This document shows positions 38,701 through 46,700 of a DNA stretch of 64,000 nucleotides, piece after piece. A model generated the notes under the pieces. That model did no database searches and was not told the DNA's origin. It saw only the letters and a list, made by a program, of their open reading frames with translations. Positions within the stretch are counted from its first letter, which is position 1; the number at the start of each line of letters is the position of its first letter. The position numbers and the translations under genes were made by a program. Source of the DNA: a virus. The stretch covers positions 1-64,000 of the IMG/VR virus record IMGVR_UViG_3300030117_007745, one strand, 5' to 3'.

Positions 38701-39544
38701 CTCCATCAGGATTTCCTCCAGATGTTGTGTATCTTGTTTCAATCAAGAACCTCCCATATTGGTTGCTAGCGCCGGCGGATTCGCCATTCCATAAATCAAA
38801 ATATGCATGAGATGGAGATGTTTGACTTTTTGAGGGTTCAAATGGTAATTTGAGCCAAAACTCTACTGTATTCCCTTTTGTTCCGTCTATAGTAAAGTTT
38901 TGTATCTGATTGGTTGTCGCATCAAAAATGTTAGCTTTTTGCTCTTTTTCTTTAAAGCTAAGTTCTTTTTCATAAGATCCAGTGGCATACGCTGGTATCG
39001 ATGCTGCATGGGGGCCGCCTCTGACAGAAATGTACTGCGGTGCATCTGATAATTTATATATATCTGGCTCCTCGGAAGAGCCGGGTGTGACTGTTGCACT
39101 AACACTACCCCAAGTTTCTCCTATCTCAATGTAACCATTAGTCCTTGGGTATTCATATTCAAAAATATAATTATCAAAGTAAGAAGACGAGTTGTGCCAT
39201 TGCATTCTTTCTTTTAAAGAGCCATCATAAGGATAAAATCTAGATATATTTTCAATAGATTTTACATAATATTGCTCTGCCGAGCCAAATTTTGCAAAGT
39301 TGCCCGGGTCTGAAAAATCTACTCTTGGTATGAATCTACTTCTATCAAAAAAGAATTGGCCAACATAGTCTGGTGATTCTATTTTTCTAGATACCACATC
39401 GAGGCTGGTGTTTCTTATAGCATATATGCCCCTGCCAGCGTTATTGATAATATTCTGGGATTTTATAATATAATCCATTATTTTACTGCCAGATGACCCA
39501 TCGCCCGAGAAGTCGAGGCCATCTACCATTAATTCGTATCCCAT
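29798..39544 (-). CDS. Giant baseplate wedge/tail protein (3248 aa) with LamG/concanavalin-like domains
   Basis: TVEFWLK...WNHIAFT...LYANG...IDEFRFW LamG pattern; KTKGTEKSI wedge-type motif; follows the gp6/gp25-like genes. Confidence 0.7.
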   Translation of the reverse strand: MGYELMVDGLDFSGDGSSGSKIMDYIIKSQNIINNAGRGIYAIRNTSLDVVSRKIESPDYVGQFFFDRSRFIPRVDFSDPGNFAKFGSAEQYYVKSIENISRFYPYDGSLKERMQWHNSSSYFDNYIFEYEYPRTNGYIEIGETWGSVSATVTPGSSEEPDIYKLSDAPQYISVRGGPHAASIPAYATGSYEKELSFKEKEQKANIFDATTNQIQNFTIDGTKGNTVEFWLKLPFEPSKSQTSPSHAYFDLWNGESAGASNQYGRFLIETRYTTSGGNPDGEYVQDSLFHVTYMSGTSGVQRAPIGSKDLTSSLGIDLADWNHIAFTVENHPTTDNLEIKLYANGNLIETTVTGSRVQPVSTGSFNSTIGAYKRPPSIAARIAGPVYEGYGSLTGSLIDEFRFWTIHRDSDDIKFNWFKQVAGGTNSDFGAASSKFYEDINPVNLGVYFKFNEGATLTSSIDRVALDYSGRVSNGYISNYTAAMRYTGSAIVEANAALREFKDPIIYNFHPSVVSYESDVRYKGREFDGRNSMYLYNMLPSWIIDEDEQKGRNEILKLNQIMASYFDNLFLQIQSLPRLKDIAYVSGSSSGSLNKPLPFADKLLSNAGFVVPEIFSNASAFEALANRDDDREFDRKLTDIKNEIYTNLYNNLLFINKTKGTEKSITNIMRCFGVDDDLYSINFYADNAELDLKGNFKSKTSRKSYADFNYYTRHGATVYQMTASNNANSVSFITGSSVVGWDSETGFTLETEVIFPKQPAINDPSFRFYEFPTLSASLFGIHEAITEASSTPGDTTNHLRDYGNFQVYAVKEKASRNAPESENVRFILTSSNPNAAAEGLISEITTETYKKVYNNERWNLSVRMYPSRYPNIGMLSGSEFGDLTVQFSGYNMVGDIIQNSFDIKKRMPLSTRLSYLVANKRIYIGAHRTNFTGSLLVGTNAKISSCRYWGVPLTNDELKSHAMDPKNYGVYNSMQSAYLLEDRQTVAATATLDTTTPIVFTSTAAGQERNGKQIKLTVLSAGNNPSDTVLLSFSSTTDPLFINVKPNDGTNNGFTPVNLTTAELVEAINTGAVVGKNINIISNPESRTFQTATGGDATALASGGEGDDGVATFSGGVTAAYPVEVPRIKTLAMNWDFDNITGSDTGEHNGGFEVQDFSSGSGDNRYGLHISNLLEKQHTGRGAFFETGNNQTGSISREYVHSYRQQVPENLNNQDAIKVLNRDDEFFTRRTRPITFSFSVEKSMYQSISEEMLNFIAASKEASAMEDLIGAPVNKYRDRYKELEKIRNIFFERVGNVPDLDRYIEYFKWLDTSIGQVIQQVVPASSRFSTVRNVIESHVFERSKYKHKYPTLDKRSPKKLKVTQLKDDIHFRDIITNEEGVYEVRITTPVKVIRGLEGFDFSGIYLRRADGWEFNSAPIEVGILEYDGRFDEKESLSWWRNRVPFSLETPKSTGNADIDNAINQAYMSAFSYYLSKYSDVLDEDSLNPLVKAAGGAALDFSVDSGDKGAFNDQNRSRPKKDRNFRNVVFAESPAGSGNRISFNTNTIERQPNTNTPDKIDPNRKFKPEFKVQIPSISTERGYDGRKYAPLSFQSSSTDNPFITGSTPWHIGYEVSTQHLQDYYLDNKDIPMQGPFTEQNVGGYAYRHSGLHLHIGQSPHVKPEAWYALRTITANPNGINFDFYNIYDLPGGVNAPRATMLREEAAKRPLNIKNIKSTTSSFIPSQTSLPPFNELGQVKAYNGNYEKDYQIVQIAGRDTNNRYFFKNNGISTASFESIGTPSVSGAYDWAIPVKGKSEHIFVSRFSAPGGPEVNGPAFLNYESEVYSPYNAMPFRNLSVRQPLRTLLTRHTAFGGYDSVIGSPSASFKKTQRNGRKYIKRQDIFGNTLTSSVYDNYFIQHQIPQSDQQYAWISSSTIAFPFGFSEKDYQNKSYAATDLVFVSASLTGAEQANGELINVDFVGLNSVVVDTLTTGSNLLESSANIDLFPTNQQLDSTLLLNSILLNRNGAYGFSTRDLSRSSYHPLIRNFVKHNTFSVLTEKTSISPGDLKLQKIKTQTLNNFTEPMVSFKYKPLEHDILVKEDDGQGTNMVELDYSYANMLGTFTNNKIDDILDFKKDNKDIKLAYNFIKKSYISNELPDDLKPSILKLCYREVVFPRERNTGLAKARGRENYTVSKGQTNFDIRLGDSLAFWKDNIDDRLRTDAVARNAEGLIIASGSSFFGLTDMSIWPLDAEEPFYDLHQISASYSGGPYNPYYWAPLHASGATLSTNTTSRFANLNKNGELSCAGYIYNLLGINLQGKVRELGAPTASGPVPNFITTTGLSFKPTASFQFEYPNMIMSGAMVPRRNSPSASLHLIPPYRTDVLSGKSPWFNSYEDYSEDIRRIAKDYTVLPEFRITDHIDYYLKEGFFADNNKFLDLIGASLSVSSSATNESGSFNPDFFKVYSHSDFMKHFSVIQEDHKKNDTAFASKIRLEANAVKKLLPYQGFYPALRSVQLGHIFSSSYAPFISGSNRRDGDQERLAALYQPFFAPGVFFNTIKSGIAVSYPVHTSSAPQVVANTNLGVSKPTSGSMFVSNQYQTVPNYSFPFEAILDPDQFLPLSSSVTGAVDGNNLSSKVFFAYPNFTGSVGGALFLENYYVGQSTSYPYVSLEAADSRATGSQPQLFFEWSGGSDPKYSLAANNFFAESVDFFLDDGTLTSFISKPEKDFKSMVSGSVYYMDVLLYKTGDFVSYEGPGPDTFRYDGGIKYAPFLTDNLIVVTGDGILNTRVGARGMHYGPSYKAHGLVYGSTGTGSVPYAAFRAQDPTYAPHTPPYFYGTSRARIAFKPHEVRDMQTGEAAKFTLEEILSNSKISTSYQNENQLAKTLQEDSYRNNFAAGIAQMQLSSSVNLFGQLTLKEVEYGTEKNPDGTFKAKSATTPVVQGTNDAWIIETKFECPSVNLAHMDTGSLGAAIGHGNEKYFTRGIWKGYGVIPSGSEGIFLQLKESFPQILNDTQGGGVKELSGSLIDVCGFKASKERVGKIRSKKIISEAIIAVPIDEKGKFFSIDPDMFLKQKTNHETSNKALLAGDFGAKNDIGQTSITQMIEKMSKFSLPPQMDFLNNPNIDPFVMYIFEFNHTLDKQDLADIWQNLMPKISRTAEKASVAIEHQIGVNYEFFGQYKEGQLPNNIRWMVFKVKQKARNNFMNVTQQSETAKGFSFTALKELQGVSSNPEAELTYSYNWPYDFFSLVELAQIESEVVFEPPEE

Positions 39545-41478
39545 CAGTGCTCTCCTACCTTAAACTTAAACACTTCTTTTTGTTCTCTATAAGAACCATT
39601 TGAATAGTAAGCAAATTTTAGGCCGTATTCATATCCCGCCTGCAATAAAGACATATCTAAATCAAAATAATTGCCAGAAATATCGTAAGATAATCTCGTG
39701 TATGACCCTGCTGAACCACTGGCTTGGGGAGATATCGCAGAACCTGTTCCAAAAGGAATTATCTCATAATCGTCAACAGTTCTGTAAAGACTAAAATATG
39801 CATCTTCAATTACACTTGATACTGGTTCGGCTTGAACAACTGTGTAATTATTTGGATTCCAGTCTTTCTCCCTAACAAATAATCTAAATCTTGCCTCTTC
39901 TTTTCTGGAGTAGACGGGTTTAAGATTATCTATGGTTGTAACATATTCTGGATCCGGGTTGAAATTGGATGCGTTAATAGTGTTTACTGTAATTTCAGAG
40001 CTTGTATGATACGCAACTAGATCATTGTAATGCCATACGGCATATACAGAACCTGAGAAGCCTGCTGTTCCTTCAGAATGGCTCATGGCTAGAGATGCAG
40101 TGTATATTCCAGTGGACACAATTCCACCAACTGCATTAGTGTCATTCGCGCTAGCAACATTTCCACCTTTAGGTAGTTTTAATTTATCATAAACATTTCC
40201 AACAGAGTTTGAATACAGGCTGACTTTCATATTTGTGCGCGTATCGGAATGTTGGGCATTATCCGGTATGTTCTGTAGCTTTCCTTTTACGTAATTGTAT
40301 AAAAACAATGTATTTAGGTTATCTTCTGCTGTTGCTAAAGAGCTACTTTGTACAAAATTGGCCGCACTATCTTTGTCAGAGGAATCCCACCTAGCCTCTA
40401 GGTTTGGCCTAAGAAAGAAGTACTCGCTTGATCTAGCAAAGAACTTTTTGGTATAGTATGAGTGTGATCCAGTTTCAAAGCTAGAGGATAGAAACACTCC
40501 TAATCCGTAGTTTGTTGTAGTGTCATCCATTCCACCTTGAAATTGCCGGAACATACTTAAATGACCTGTTGCACCAGAGGCATCGAAATTACCATTTCCT
40601 CCAATATTGTTTCCCGCTAGTCCGATAGCATCCATAGTTAGGGTAAATTGTGAAGTCGTAGCTCCGTTTGATGCGTCTATTTTTAAACTAGAAACCGCAT
40701 CAATTGAACTGACAATTTTATCTCTTATAGCCTCTGTTGTTGAAAGGCCTGAGAGTCCTATTGTCTCACCAGTTGATGATACATCTTTGTCAAACGTAAA
40801 TGTAACTGTTGTTCCTTCATAATCTGTTAGGGAAAAAGTTTTTTCATCAAAATCTGTTATACCGGAAGCACCATTTAATAATCCAGTAGCCGTTGCAGCA
40901 ACACCATTGCCATCAACCCAATTTTCTACCAAATGGCTGATATCTATTGACAAGTCTTCAGTGCCGTCTACAAAGGAAGCTGAATACGCCGGGGATGTGG
41001 TGCTTTCGGTAAAATCTCCTCCCGCGTCAGACCAAGCTGCAAAACCGTCACCGGTGGCACCTCTTCTAGCCCAATTTGATCCAGTGCCCTCATAAGTTTG
41101 GTCTGTATAATTTTCCATGTCTAGACCGTAACCCTCTTGCCATGATTTTTCAACAACCTTTACTGTCACTTTAAAATCTTTTGGTAGAGTAAAGGTGTGA
41201 GGAGCATTATACAAATTTAAATACCAAGCGACATTTCCACTAATTGGTATTAATCCATTTATTCTATCTTGCTTGATCTTTGCTGTGTCAAATTGAACTA
41301 ATATCCTAGATTTTTCGGCAGTTGTGCCAGCAGAAGAGCTTAATTGGCCATATATGTAGAATACCTCTAGGGTGTCAGCTGCACCCATATTCGAGCCTGT
41401 ACCTCTGGTTTGCAAATCCATTTGATATGCGTTGCTAATTGTGTTGTCTGCCGAAGCGATATATCTTTTTATACCCAT
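39544..41478 (-). CDS. Virion structural protein with N-terminal DNRLRE/CBM96-like domain
   Basis: ADNTI...SRILVQFD...SWQEG...SNW...W...GGD pattern. Confidence 0.55.
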   Translation of the reverse strand: MGIKRYIASADNTISNAYQMDLQTRGTGSNMGAADTLEVFYIYGQLSSSAGTTAEKSRILVQFDTAKIKQDRINGLIPISGNVAWYLNLYNAPHTFTLPKDFKVTVKVVEKSWQEGYGLDMENYTDQTYEGTGSNWARRGATGDGFAAWSDAGGDFTESTTSPAYSASFVDGTEDLSIDISHLVENWVDGNGVAATATGLLNGASGITDFDEKTFSLTDYEGTTVTFTFDKDVSSTGETIGLSGLSTTEAIRDKIVSSIDAVSSLKIDASNGATTSQFTLTMDAIGLAGNNIGGNGNFDASGATGHLSMFRQFQGGMDDTTTNYGLGVFLSSSFETGSHSYYTKKFFARSSEYFFLRPNLEARWDSSDKDSAANFVQSSSLATAEDNLNTLFLYNYVKGKLQNIPDNAQHSDTRTNMKVSLYSNSVGNVYDKLKLPKGGNVASANDTNAVGGIVSTGIYTASLAMSHSEGTAGFSGSVYAVWHYNDLVAYHTSSEITVNTINASNFNPDPEYVTTIDNLKPVYSRKEEARFRLFVREKDWNPNNYTVVQAEPVSSVIEDAYFSLYRTVDDYEIIPFGTGSAISPQASGSAGSYTRLSYDISGNYFDLDMSLLQAGYEYGLKFAYYSNGSYREQKEVFKFKVGEH

Positions 41479-43310
41479 TACTTAATTGTTCCTACAATAT
41501 CTGAATCTGGAAATTTTAATTCAAAAATAACATCAGATGGTGCTACCACAATTCTTCCGTCAGAGGTTGTCATTTGATCAATGTTAAATATTGCTGTAGA
41601 ATATGATGATCCCACTTTTCTAACAATATTCAAGCTAACCACATCTAGAAGTCCATCGACGTTTTTTAAAACTCTCAAAATGTCCCCATACCTTATAGGT
41701 TCACCTATGTTCATCTTTGCTGCACCGAAATAATCTTTTAACTGTATTATTGCAGTGCTCAAAACCTCATAAGCATTAAAATTATTATCTGCAATTATTG
41801 AAAAATTTAATCCAAAATTTACTATTTTTGCATCTAAAATGTCTATAGTATCATTAACCATTTTATAATTGGCCAACCATACTTTTAAATTATTTTTTAT
41901 GGCTGTTGATGTTGGGCTTAATTTTCCTAATTCGTCTTCAGACACAACATATAAATTTAGATTTCTTTTGAAAGAATTGAGATCTTTAACTATTGCTGTT
42001 CTTTTGACAGCCCCAAATTTAGCCGGCATATTATAGGTTAAAGAAATATAATCCTGCTCTGTAACTGCTCTATTCTGCGAGGAGTAAGACCCATATGCCT
42101 TGTATTTTATTTCTTGTGAAGAATCCTCTCTGGTGCTACCAACAATTGGTTGCTCATTTTCAAATTCTAAAGATGAAATAACATCTTGTATTTTAGATGA
42201 GTCTAAAGTATTGATTTCGTTAAAATCGAATACCTGATCTGAAACACTAGCTAAAGATTTGGCTGTAATATTTACATTTCGGGGGCCGTTTATTCTATAA
42301 ACGACAGTAAGATTGGTATTTGATGGAGCAACACCCAATTTATCACCATTCGTGAGCCTTGTTGGATCAAAGGATAGGTCTGAAATATAATCTCTACCAT
42401 GCAAATTTATTGCTACCTTTGATGGATCAGAAAAAGTTTCTTGTGTTAAATCTGCGGAAGAACCTGCACCAAACTGTATGAAATATCCCTCTTGAGTGCT
42501 CTCTGTTATAAACCTTCTAGGCACTGCCATTGGTTTTAAGGAAAAGAGAGTTTCTGTGTTAGCTACTTGTGTTGTTAGGTTAACACTATTGTTTCTGACA
42601 GGAATATAAACTGTGTCTTGCGATAATGAGCCAACCTCAAAATAGTCATTTCCATCTGAGTCCACTATAGATACTACTTCAACAATATTTGACCCATCAA
42701 GTTGAAACCTTGGAAACCTCTGATATTCTCCAACAGATATAGTTTGAGAGGTTAGCTCTCCAGATATGACTTGTCCGTAAGCTTTGATTGCATAAGTTAT
42801 AGGAGAACCAAATGAATCAACGGCTGCCGGAACTGCTTGTGAATTTACGGAGTTAAAATTGACATCTTCTGCAAGAGTAAACACAACTCCACTATTTGTA
42901 GAGAATTTTGTACCTCTCCTCAAAACTGGTGCATATCTATAATCTGGTTCGTTAGCGACGCCACCAGCAGTTTGATCAGCTGGTATTATAACATATAAGG
43001 CTACAGGGCCTGAAGATACTGGTACACCAGATTTCCTATAACCCATTTGGCGGCCAAGCTTTAAAATATTATTATATTCATTAGCTGTTTCTAAAAAAGA
43101 TTCATTTGCTTGGTAGTCTAGGTAAAAAGATAAAACGTCTCCGACATATGCTACAGTATCAAGCATAAGAGACCCAAATGATCCCTCACTAAAATCTTGA
43201 AACGTGTCCGGATAGTATCTCTTGGTATAATCCAGTAACTCTTCTTTAATTGAATTGAATTCTCGGTTTGTATAATTTATTGGAATAATTCTTTTTTTAT
43301 CAAAAGGCAC
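41478..43310 (-). CDS. Baseplate wedge subunit, T4 gp6-like
   Basis: NREFNSIKEEL...DFSEGSFG..MLD.VAYVGDVLSFY.D...NESFL.TA; QNRAVTEQDY; GTG start with AAGGAG SD. Confidence 0.85.
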   Translation of the reverse strand: MPFDKKRIIPINYTNREFNSIKEELLDYTKRYYPDTFQDFSEGSFGSLMLDTVAYVGDVLSFYLDYQANESFLETANEYNNILKLGRQMGYRKSGVPVSSGPVALYVIIPADQTAGGVANEPDYRYAPVLRRGTKFSTNSGVVFTLAEDVNFNSVNSQAVPAAVDSFGSPITYAIKAYGQVISGELTSQTISVGEYQRFPRFQLDGSNIVEVVSIVDSDGNDYFEVGSLSQDTVYIPVRNNSVNLTTQVANTETLFSLKPMAVPRRFITESTQEGYFIQFGAGSSADLTQETFSDPSKVAINLHGRDYISDLSFDPTRLTNGDKLGVAPSNTNLTVVYRINGPRNVNITAKSLASVSDQVFDFNEINTLDSSKIQDVISSLEFENEQPIVGSTREDSSQEIKYKAYGSYSSQNRAVTEQDYISLTYNMPAKFGAVKRTAIVKDLNSFKRNLNLYVVSEDELGKLSPTSTAIKNNLKVWLANYKMVNDTIDILDAKIVNFGLNFSIIADNNFNAYEVLSTAIIQLKDYFGAAKMNIGEPIRYGDILRVLKNVDGLLDVVSLNIVRKVGSSYSTAIFNIDQMTTSDGRIVVAPSDVIFELKFPDSDIVGTIK

Positions 43311-43331
43311 TGTATATTTTCTCCTTATTTG

Positions 43332-43340
43332 ATAAGTAGT
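43332..43340 (-). promoter_or_regulatory. Putative late promoter ACTACTTAT
   Basis: Intergenic variant 21 nt before the gp6-like start. Confidence 0.5.
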
Positions 43341-43369
43341 ATCATTTTATCATTATTTTTTGAACAAAA

Positions 43370-43765
43370 CTAAAAATCATAGCTTTGAACATTAACCTGC
43401 ACTTCATCCTGTGCATTCAAAGCTGGTACGGCGTATTTGATGACCACTCCAAGAGTATTATCTTTTAAGCCGGGGTCTGCTTTGTTATCAATAAAATTTA
43501 TATCTTTTATTGTTATAAATGGCATATAAATTGAAACTTGCTGCTGTATTTTAGTTCTGACCTTTTCTTTCAATAAAGGATTAAAAGGCTCAAAGAAAAA
43601 CCTATATAATCCAACACCAAAGTCTGGCATCATTATTCTTTCGCCGGGAACAGTTAGAATTAACATTCTAAAATTCTGCCTTATAACGCCCGACATTGTT
43701 TTTAACATTTCATAAGTTGTCTCGCTTCCTCTGGTAAGCGGCAACTGGGGTGCATAATATCTCAT
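43370..43765 (-). CDS. Baseplate wedge protein, gp25/GPW-like
   Basis: QNFRMLILTVPGERIMMPDFGVGL..F.FE signature. Confidence 0.88.
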   Translation of the reverse strand: MRYYAPQLPLTRGSETTYEMLKTMSGVIRQNFRMLILTVPGERIMMPDFGVGLYRFFFEPFNPLLKEKVRTKIQQQVSIYMPFITIKDINFIDNKADPGLKDNTLGVVIKYAVPALNAQDEVQVNVQSYDF

Positions 43766-43770
43766 TTAAA

Positions 43771-46700
43771 TTAATCCTCGTTTACCTTTGATGATGCTGA
43801 TGAGGCTATTCCTCTTTCGCCTCCTTTTTCCTTAACATAAGCTGGCTCATAGGCATATGATTTAGAGCCCTTAACATCATAAATAGATTGTATGCTTTGT
43901 TTTAATATCTCTTTTGTTTCATCAAAGCTAGATTCTAGGTCTTTATCTTGATTAACCGCTAGAGCATTATAAATTGCTAGCATTGATACCATCTTTGATA
44001 TTGGAATGCTATAAGTGAACAAAGCTCTCATTTCTGGGCCGGTGGACATTTCACTAACTAATTTCTTTATAATCTCCGCTCCTTGAAAATCTTTAGCATA
44101 CTTAGTTAGTTTTATTAGTGTGCTCTCTGCAAAATTCTCGTCTTCAGCTATATAAGAATCAACCGATGCACTAAAGGGGCTGTTTTCGCTTTTTGGAACA
44201 TCAATTTCTTTACTAAATATTGGAAAGATAATATTGGTTTTAACAATTGGATTGCCCTCGCCCGAGACTTGTTCTGTTACAAGTAAGCACTTTTCTCTTA
44301 GCTGAAAATCAATAAGCTCTGGGTTCTGCGCGTTATTGGCTAACAGGGTTACAATCAAATCTTCTTTTAATTTTTTTATTTCTGGTTTTTGAGGCACATC
44401 TTGATCAATTATTTTAACAGGATTTCCATCTTCATCTTTTATTTCTTCTGATGAATCTACTAACGCATACACCAAACGAACACCCAATTTTATGCTTTTA
44501 AAGAAATCATGAAATGGCTTTTGTTGATCTTGTATTGAAATTTCATAGGTTCCGTCAGCTACATTAAAAGGCCCATTTGACATTATTTTCCACAAGTTAC
44601 TGATTCCAAAATTATTTAATATTCCCTTCAAGCGAGCATCTGGAGGGGAATCATCGGGGCCAGCATCTTCAACTTCGTCTGCATCGGGATCGAACTGTCC
44701 TCCGCCAAGAGGATCTGTTTTGAAAGCATCTCTAGCTACTAAACGTTCATTGTAAAGAGGGTCTCCGGGCTCAAGCTCTTCAAATCTATAATAAAATTGA
44801 AATACAAATTTTCCATTTTTAAATTCATGGATAGCCTCGGGCCCAAACAGCGTTGAAGCAAGGTTTTCTTGCAGACCATCATACATTTCAAAATTACTAG
44901 TGTGTATCTCTCTTAAATTTTTGTGACAGATGAAATTAAATGGATTTACTTCTGTGTCCATTGGGTAAGCTTTTAGCTCAGTTTCTTTTAAGCGAGTTTT
45001 CAAAAATTCTAAAGGTCTTTCAAAATTCTGTCTAATATAATATGCCGTAGCATCTTGCCAGCTTGTGATGGGAACTTCTCTTCCCAATTGAGTGTCATAA
45101 ATACTTCCATTGATTGCAGCAGGTGCGCCGCCACCAAACTCTCCCGCAAGAGCCGGCTTATTGGATCCGGGCACAGGAGTAAACTCTGGCTTTTCATAAA
45201 CAATTCTTGTCACCAAATTAAACCATCTTTGGTCAGTCCCGTCAAGTTGTTTCAAAAGCCACGACCTGTATTGAGCAACAACAAATTGAACATAAAGTTC
45301 ATTAAAAAATAACTCTTTTGGAAAGAATGGCAAAATAGCAATGCTCTTTACCAAAGTTTCTCCAATAAAAAGCTGCATTGTCCATGATATTACAGCCTCT
45401 AATATAGCAAAGTGAGGCATTCCAATTACATCTGAATTTGGATCATGATATTTTGAAAAGTCATAAGCTTGTTTTGCTAATTCTGATCCGTAATTAAAAT
45501 CAACAAATGTTTGGGGCCCAACTTTTGATCCGACTTTTGTTAAGTTTAAATTTTCAATCTCACACCTGAAAAGATCTGGTAAAAAATACTCGACTGTAAA
45601 ATCTGCTGCTGTTGGGTTTGGTGCGCCCATCAGCTGATAGGTAAGAATTTCTTGAGTCTGTACGGTGAGGAAGAGTGGGTTCATTGAAAAAAGAACAATT
45701 GCTGCGTCAGAAAAAGGCTGTATTCCATACTTTTTTAACAAATTTGAATCGCCACACGTCTGTGCCATTTTCTCAAGCATAGAACTCAATATTGAATAAT
45801 ATACATCACCTTCAAATAATTCTTTTACTATATTAGTTGTAGCATTGTCTGGTATTTCTACAATTCCGTCATCGTTTGTAGACGATAATCCCAAACTTTG
45901 TAATAAAAGACTACTAAAAAATTGCGCTTGCTCCGGGGTCTCTCCTTTTAAAGAAAACTTTTGTAAAAATTGTTTTACGTCATCACCTAGTGGAGGCATC
46001 TCATCTCCACTAACCATCACATCAATACCAAATGCGCCAAGGTTGGGTAGGCCCTTTATCCTTACTTGATAATTATTAGTATAAATTTTTTGACCAGTCT
46101 CCTCATCTGCGGCAGGAGGGTTAAGAATAAAATGAACAAAATCTTCATCGCTCAAATTAAGTTTAAATGTGTTATCTTCTTTTGCATCTGCAAAGTTTAG
46201 TCCTTGTGAAATATTGAACAAGAACTGATCAACCGATTTCTTTCCTCCGTCTGGCATTGTGAATTCAATTAATTCGTTTTCATAGATGTCTTTAGATGTG
46301 CCTATGGCCAGAGGAAGAGCTAAAGTATCTGGTAATCTTACAATTTCCTCTAAAACATCACTTCCTTTTACTAATTTGTTTCTTTTTGGTTTAGTTAATC
46401 CTATTGAATTTTCAATTAATTTTGGTTCAGCAGTTATTATTATGGAATCAAGTGCTTTTTGCAAGGCAAAATCCGCTGTCTCTGCTTTTTGGCCAGATAG
46501 AAGACCTTGAGTTCCTTTACCATCTGTGAATAGCGGAGGCAGCTGTGAAGATAAATCATCATTATCTCTAATAATTTTTGCCAAATTTTTATACTTGTCA
46601 ATGTCGTGATTAAGATTTTTATCGGCTATATCGTCAAATCCCGGGATATCGCCACACTTATCTTTTAGCAGCTTCTTTGCTTTTGTAGCTAATTCAGTAC

